DNA of 64,000 nt from an uncultured SAR86 cluster bacterium (GTDB lineage Bacteria; Pseudomonadota; Gammaproteobacteria; Magnimaribacterales; D2472). This document shows positions 59,253 to 64,000 of the stretch, one piece after another. Where the stretch lies: the NCBI GenBank assembly GCA_902551185.1, contig CACDCN010000002.1:22616-86615 (forward strand), given 5' to 3'. How positions within the stretch are numbered: position 1 is the stretch's first letter; every line of letters begins with the position of its first letter. The notes below the pieces were generated by a model. It was not told the DNA's origin, searched no databases, and was given only the letters and a program-made list of their open reading frames with translations. Made by a program: the position numbers and the translations under genes.

Positions 59253-61750
59253 AAGAACAAATTTCAACAATAAACAATGACTACATTAATGATTTCTCAA
59301 ATATTTACCTTGATCCGTCTAAAGTAAACAAATATCTAAATAATTATTCAAAAATTATTGAAAAAGATATCAAAGATAACTTTATTAAACTAAATCTCAA
59401 TAAAAATTTTGTAATTTATGCTAATGGTGGCTTTGGAAGAAAAGAAATGTTTCCAAGTTCAGATGTAGACATATCTATTATAGAAATTAAAAAAACAAAA
59501 AATTATGAAGATCTAGAAAAATTTATTTCATATCTATGGGATCAAGGATATAAGGTTGGACATTCAGTTAGAACAATAAAAGATATTAGGAAAATCTCTA
59601 AGAAAGATGTCAAAGAATATACATCTTATCTAACTAGAAGACCACTTATTACAAATAATGTTATAGATAAAAAGATATCTAATACTCTTTTAAATTTATG
59701 GGACAAAAAAAAATTTTTTAATAGGAAACTTCAGGAACAAAAAGAAAGACATAGCCAATTTCATTCAACTGCATATAACCTAGAGCCTAATTTAAAAGAG
59801 TCACCTGGTACATTGAGGGATTTTCAAACTGCTTTATGGATATTGCAGCATTGCTTTAATTTAAATTCAATAAATGAGATATCTGAATCAAAAATTTTTA
59901 AAGATGAAATAGAAGATGCTGTTGATGCATATAATTTTATTAAGTCGTTAAGATTCGCAACAAATATAACATCAAAAGAAAACAGATTAAATTTTGAAAC
60001 ACAGTTAGAAATTTCTTCTTTAGCTAAATTAAGAAAAAATAAAACCAATAAGACTGTTGAAGAAATGATGAAAAAGTATTATGAAATGGCATCGGTGTTA
60101 TCTCATTTTAATAGTATTGTCTTTGAAAAATTTGATGAAATGAATTCATCTCGTTTTAAAAAATATAAAGGTATATACAAACATAAAAATAAAATTGGAA
60201 TTAATGTAGCTGACCTTAGCAAGAGTAAGGAATTAATATTTAAAATATTTATTGAAATTGGTAAAAATAAAAAAATAAATTTAATAGATACGGAAACAAA
60301 ATCATTGTTAAAAAGAAATGCGAATTTAATTGATAGCCAATTTAGAAAAAATAAAACTTTTGCTAATCAATTTTTAAAAATATTAAGATCCAAACACAAT
60401 TTGTCATCAATTCTTAAAACAATGAAAGATCTTGGCATTTTACAGCAATATATTCCTGAATTTGGAGAAGTGGTAGGCCAAATGCAGTTTGATCTATTTC
60501 ATGTTTATACCGTAGATGAACATACTTTTAAACTTGTAAGGAATATGAGGCAAATGAGACTTCATGAACAAAAAGGTTTCGAAATTGAACACGAGTTAAT
60601 AAATAAGATTCCCAAAATTGAAATTTTATATATTGCTGGCCTATTCCATGATCTAGGTAAAGGTAAAGGAGGAGATCATTCAAAAATAGGAGCTAAAACA
60701 AGCTTTAATTTTGCCAAAAGGATTGGAATGTCTGACACTGATGCTAATTTAATTTCCTGGCTTGTAAAAGAACATTTAATTATGTCATCCATATCACAGA
60801 AGAAAGATATATCAGACAATGAAACTATTAAAGAGTTTGCTGAAAATATACAACAAATCGAAAAATTAGATTATTTATATTTATTAACTGTAAACGATAT
60901 CAGGGCAACTAACCCTGCATTATGGAATGGGTTTAAACATCAATTGCTTAAAGATCTATATAAGCTCACTAGACTTAGAATAAATAAAGATCCTATGCAA
61001 GCATCTTCAGAAATTGCTTTAGATCGAAAGACAAATGTAATCAAGAGTATCGAGAAGAAAGATCATAAGATTTTGGATAATTACTTTGATCTACTTAACA
61101 ATAATTATTTCAATAAGATTTCAACAGAAGCATTAAAATGGCAAGCAAGACTAATAATAGATAACAATAATAAAGACATGATTATTGGATGTAGGAAAAG
61201 ATTTGAAAATTTGATAGAAGTTTTTATTAAAGTGAAAAATACAGAGGGCCTTTTTTTGAAAATGGCTAGAATTTTAGAGCATTCTGGACTTGAGGTGATT
61301 GATGCAAATATCTTTACTTCAAAAGATAATGCTTTTGCTGCAAATACATTTATAACAAAATACAGCCATCATGATAGGCCCTTTACTAAAGATGAATTAA
61401 AAGAATTAACACAAAGAATTAAAAGAAACTTTAAAGATTTCTCAAAAATACTTCAAATTCCAAAAAAGCCAATAAAAAAAATAAGTTTTGAAAAAATTAT
61501 TAATATCTCGCATTCTATCAATAAAGAAAAAAATAGAGACATGATTACTATAGAAACAGCTGACAGGCCCGGACTTCTTGTTGATATTGCCAAAGTATTT
61601 TTTAAAAAAGATATGTCTATCTTCTCTTCAAGAATTAATACATTAGGAGATAAAGTAGAGGATACATTTGAAATAGAGGGTAAAAATAAAGCAAAAATAT
61701 CTGCTACCAAGGTAAATGGAATTATTAAAGCTTTAAAAGAAGTTGTATAA
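59249..61750 (+). CDS. glnD: Bifunctional PII uridylyltransferase/uridylyl-removing enzyme GlnD
   Basis: NTase motif GGFGRKEMFPSSDVDI, HD domain (FHDLGKG...GDHS) and two C-terminal ACT-like domains. It lies between map and dapD. Confidence 0.92.
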   Translation: MKEQISTINNDYINDFSNIYLDPSKVNKYLNNYSKIIEKDIKDNFIKLNLNKNFVIYANGGFGRKEMFPSSDVDISIIEIKKTKNYEDLEKFISYLWDQGYKVGHSVRTIKDIRKISKKDVKEYTSYLTRRPLITNNVIDKKISNTLLNLWDKKKFFNRKLQEQKERHSQFHSTAYNLEPNLKESPGTLRDFQTALWILQHCFNLNSINEISESKIFKDEIEDAVDAYNFIKSLRFATNITSKENRLNFETQLEISSLAKLRKNKTNKTVEEMMKKYYEMASVLSHFNSIVFEKFDEMNSSRFKKYKGIYKHKNKIGINVADLSKSKELIFKIFIEIGKNKKINLIDTETKSLLKRNANLIDSQFRKNKTFANQFLKILRSKHNLSSILKTMKDLGILQQYIPEFGEVVGQMQFDLFHVYTVDEHTFKLVRNMRQMRLHEQKGFEIEHELINKIPKIEILYIAGLFHDLGKGKGGDHSKIGAKTSFNFAKRIGMSDTDANLISWLVKEHLIMSSISQKKDISDNETIKEFAENIQQIEKLDYLYLLTVNDIRATNPALWNGFKHQLLKDLYKLTRLRINKDPMQASSEIALDRKTNVIKSIEKKDHKILDNYFDLLNNNYFNKISTEALKWQARLIIDNNNKDMIIGCRKRFENLIEVFIKVKNTEGLFLKMARILEHSGLEVIDANIFTSKDNAFAANTFITKYSHHDRPFTKDELKELTQRIKRNFKDFSKILQIPKKPIKKISFEKIINISHSINKEKNRDMITIETADRPGLLVDIAKVFFKKDMSIFSSRINTLGDKVEDTFEIEGKNKAKISATKVNGIIKALKEVV

Positions 61751-61779
61751 ATAAAATAAATTAATTTTATAATTAAAGA

Positions 61780-62682
61780 ATGAATATTAAAGCAATAGGA
61801 ATAGCTAACAAATCATCCAATGGTGATATTTTGGATGTATTTTATCCAAGCATAGAATTTGGTAATAAAAAAATAAATAATAAAATCAATAACATAAACA
61901 ATAATGATAAAGAAATAATAATTGAATGTACTCAAGAAGACTTAAATAGGCCAATAAAGGACGTTCAAGAAGCCTATTTAAAACTCCATCTTCTTTCTTA
62001 TAAGTTAGTTATGCCTAATTCAATAAATCTTGATGGATTATTTAACTGCCTTCCTAATGTCGCATGGACAAATATAGGTCCTATTGGTATTGATGATATA
62101 GATTTAAAATTGCAAGAATCAAAATATGGCAAAAATAATATCTTTATTAGATCAATAGATAAATTTCCTTGCCTAACTGATTATATTATTCCTAAGAATG
62201 TCAGAATCGCAGACGCATCACGAGTTAGACTTGGGGCATATTTAAGCGAAGGGACAACAATTATGCATGAGGGTTTTGTAAATTTTAATGCTGGCACATT
62301 AGGCAAAGCAATGATAGAAGGAAGAATATCAGCTGGTGTGGTTATTGGAAATAATTCGGATCTTGGAGGTGGCTCTAGCACAATGGGAACATTGTCAGGA
62401 GGAAACAACGTCAAAATCTCTATTGGAGAAAATTGTCTTTTAGGAGCAAATTCTGGTCTTGGCATTTCCTTAGGAGATAACTGTACAGTGGAAGCAGGAT
62501 TATATCTAACTGCTGGAACTAAAGTGCATCTAAACGATGCTAAAGGAGAGATAAAAAAAGCTTCTGAAATTTCTGGACATTCAAATCTTTTATTCTTAAG
62601 AGACTCATTGACTGGTAAAGTCTTAGCAAAGGAAAATAAAAAATCTATAAAGCTTAATCAAGAGCTTCATGATAATGATTGA
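61780..62682 (+). CDS. dapD: 2,3,4,5-tetrahydropyridine-2,6-dicarboxylate N-succinyltransferase (long type)
   Basis: Left-handed beta-helix hexapeptide repeats in the C-terminal half. It has conserved glnD-dapD synteny and is followed by dapE. Confidence 0.85.
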   Translation: MNIKAIGIANKSSNGDILDVFYPSIEFGNKKINNKINNINNNDKEIIIECTQEDLNRPIKDVQEAYLKLHLLSYKLVMPNSINLDGLFNCLPNVAWTNIGPIGIDDIDLKLQESKYGKNNIFIRSIDKFPCLTDYIIPKNVRIADASRVRLGAYLSEGTTIMHEGFVNFNAGTLGKAMIEGRISAGVVIGNNSDLGGGSSTMGTLSGGNNVKISIGENCLLGANSGLGISLGDNCTVEAGLYLTAGTKVHLNDAKGEIKKASEISGHSNLLFLRDSLTGKVLAKENKKSIKLNQELHDND

Positions 62683-63802
62683 GCTGCTTCAAAAACTTAT
62701 CCAAATTAAATCTTTATCACCAAAAGATATGGGTTGTTTTGACATCATTGAACAACACTTAATTGATTTAAATTTTAAATGTGAAAGGATTAAGTATCTT
62801 AATGTAGAAAATCTTTATGCAACTATTGGTGACAAAGGAAAGCTTTTTTGTTTTTTAGGGCACACCGATGTAGTTCCAACTGGTCCTGAGGATAAATGGA
62901 AATACCCACCCTTCTCAGCAACTATTGATGGAGACCTTCTGTATGGAAGAGGAACGGCAGATATGAAAGCTTCAGTTGCAGCTTTCATTGAATCTACAAA
63001 AGAGTTTCTTGATTCTAATGATGATTTAAATTTTAGATTAGCAATCTTATTAACATCAAATGAAGAAGGAACTGCCAATGATGGATTTATAGATAAAATT
63101 ATAGAGAAAATGATAGCAGACAACGAAATTATAGATTTTTGTCTCGTAGGTGAACCAACTTCATCTGAAAAAGTGGCTGATTGTGCAAGAATTGGAAGAA
63201 GAGGTTCTCTTGGCGGCCATTTAAAAATACTTGGAAAACAGGGACATATCGCATATCCAGAAAAAATTGTTAATCCAATTCTCTTATCAGGTGACTTGAT
63301 TTCAAAATTAAATAATAAAATTTGGGATGATGGGAACGCTGACTTTGATCCCACCAGTTTCCAAATTTCTAATATTAATGGAGGTACTGGAGCTCATAAT
63401 GTAGTCCCAGGAGAACTTGAAATAATATTTAATTTTAGATTTTCACCCGAATCTAATGAAGAAAGCCTCAAATCTGATTTTGAATCAATACTTGATGAGC
63501 TAAAGCTAAGGTATGATTTAAATTGGGACTTAAATGGGTATCCATACTATACAGAAAATAATTTTTTTAAAGATATTGTCTCAAATTCAGCTGAAGAAAT
63601 AACTGGATATAGGCCTGAATTAAACGCAAAAGGTGGTACCTCTGATGGACGTTTTGTTGCAAAGATGAATACTGAAATTGTTGAACTGGGTCCTGTCAAT
63701 AAATCTATTCACCAAATAGATGAGCACATAAAAATTAGTGAACTGTGGACTCTTAAAGATATTTATAAACAAATTTTAATCAATCTGAATCAAAATCTTT
63801 AG
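62669..63802 (+). CDS. dapE: Succinyl-diaminopimelate desuccinylase
   Basis: M20 peptidase motifs (GHTDVVPTG, GRGTADMK, NEEG) and a dimerisation domain. It overlaps dapD by 14 nt. Confidence 0.95.
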   Translation: MIMIELLQKLIQIKSLSPKDMGCFDIIEQHLIDLNFKCERIKYLNVENLYATIGDKGKLFCFLGHTDVVPTGPEDKWKYPPFSATIDGDLLYGRGTADMKASVAAFIESTKEFLDSNDDLNFRLAILLTSNEEGTANDGFIDKIIEKMIADNEIIDFCLVGEPTSSEKVADCARIGRRGSLGGHLKILGKQGHIAYPEKIVNPILLSGDLISKLNNKIWDDGNADFDPTSFQISNINGGTGAHNVVPGELEIIFNFRFSPESNEESLKSDFESILDELKLRYDLNWDLNGYPYYTENNFFKDIVSNSAEEITGYRPELNAKGGTSDGRFVAKMNTEIVELGPVNKSIHQIDEHIKISELWTLKDIYKQILINLNQNL

Positions 63803-63908
63803 ATTTTTTCTTTCTATCATATTTTGTTTTATCTTTATGAGTTTTAGGCTTATGAAATTTATCCATATTTTTCTTAACAGGGTCACTTTTCTTTTTAATT
63901 GGCGCCAT
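63780..63908 (-). CDS. Possible 42-aa lysine-rich mini-protein (hypothetical)
   Basis: My translation is MAPIKKKSDPVKKNMDKFHKPKTHKDKTKYDRKKKSKDFDSD. It falls below the ORF-track length cut-off. There is no SD, and its 3' end overlaps the dapE stop region in the convergent direction. In AT-rich DNA, K-rich ORFs arise easily by chance. Confidence 0.25.
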   Translation of the reverse strand: MAPIKKKSDPVKKNMDKFHKPKTHKDKTKYDRKKKSKDFDSD

Positions 63909-64000
63909 GCATTAATTTTTTTAGAAGAGGAGTAATAACTGCCAAGAATATCCCACAGCCTATCGCCATTAGCCCCACATCAGTATAAACATCCATAAAT
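63895..64000 (-). CDS. Small hydrophobic ORF, or the 3' end of a membrane-protein gene running off the window edge
   Basis: My translation is (F)MDVYTDVGLMAIGCGIFLAVITPLLKKLMHGAN-stop. It has one TM-like helix. The frame is still open at position 64000, so the true start is unknown. Confidence 0.2.
   Translation of the reverse strand, partial: FMDVYTDVGLMAIGCGIFLAVITPLLKKLMHGAN

Noticed and set aside
62815-63354. 179-aa minus-strand ORF inside dapE. This is the longest of many antisense ORFs in the track (others include 13101-13412, 14974-15267, 17418-17792, 36661-37038, 54099-54518, 54978-55373 and 46140-46481).
   Set aside because: All of these lie antisense to, or out of frame with, strongly recognisable housekeeping genes. 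None has family motifs. They show the S/L/I/F-rich composition expected from the reverse frames of AT-rich coding DNA.

Overview
This is an AT-rich (about 30% G+C by eye, not computed), extremely gene-dense chromosomal segment from a streamlined gammaproteobacterium. The gene order matches the Pseudomonas/Oceanospirillales-type core synteny as I recall it; any finer taxonomic call, such as a SAR86-like marine lineage, is inference only. Nearly every large ORF is a recognisable housekeeping gene:
- start of the dcw cluster (mraZ, ftsZ, rsmH, ftsL, ftsI), then rnpB and rsmI/lpoA
- sspA, petCBA, rpsI-rplM, zapE/degS
- murA-ibaG-mlaC divergent from kdsD-lptA-lptB-rpoN, then mgtE
- yhdP-like gene with mreDCB, divergent from gatCAB
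- a small metabolic block (MaoC dehydratase, acyl-CoA ligase, nitroreductase, selO)
- prmC-prfA-hemA divergent from lolB-ispE-tRNA-Gln-prs-rplY-pth-ychF, then tRNA-Met
- pnp-rpsO-truB-rbfA-infB-nusA-rimP-tRNA-fMet, tRNA-Leu
- secG-tpiA-glmM-ftsH-rlmE-greA-carBA
- map-glnD-dapD-dapE

I found no mobile elements, integrases, CRISPR arrays, defence or toxin genes, and no multi-gene cluster of unknown function. I therefore read this window as ordinary core genome and cannot point to a convincing undescribed system. The features most worth a second look are:
1. ftsZ is embedded between mraZ and rsmH, directly behind four 10-bp-phased MraZ-box repeats.
2. Divergent gene pairs have 2, 1 or minus 2 nt between their start codons; hemA and lolB share a CATG.
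3. A tandem pair of paralogous ~70-80 aa two-helix membrane proteins of unknown family lies next to tRNA-Met, with an intrinsic terminator between them.
4. The initiator tRNA has a U1/U72 mismatch instead of the usual C1/A72.
5. tRNA-Leu(GAG) is inverted relative to secG.
6. Regulatory spacers and partner genes have been lost (rpsO-pnp leader; mlaFEDB, lptC/kdsC, sspB, hpf/ptsN, folP).

Several ORF-track starts are probably too far upstream, and I have adjusted them (rplM, degS, petB, rimP, MaoC, pth).
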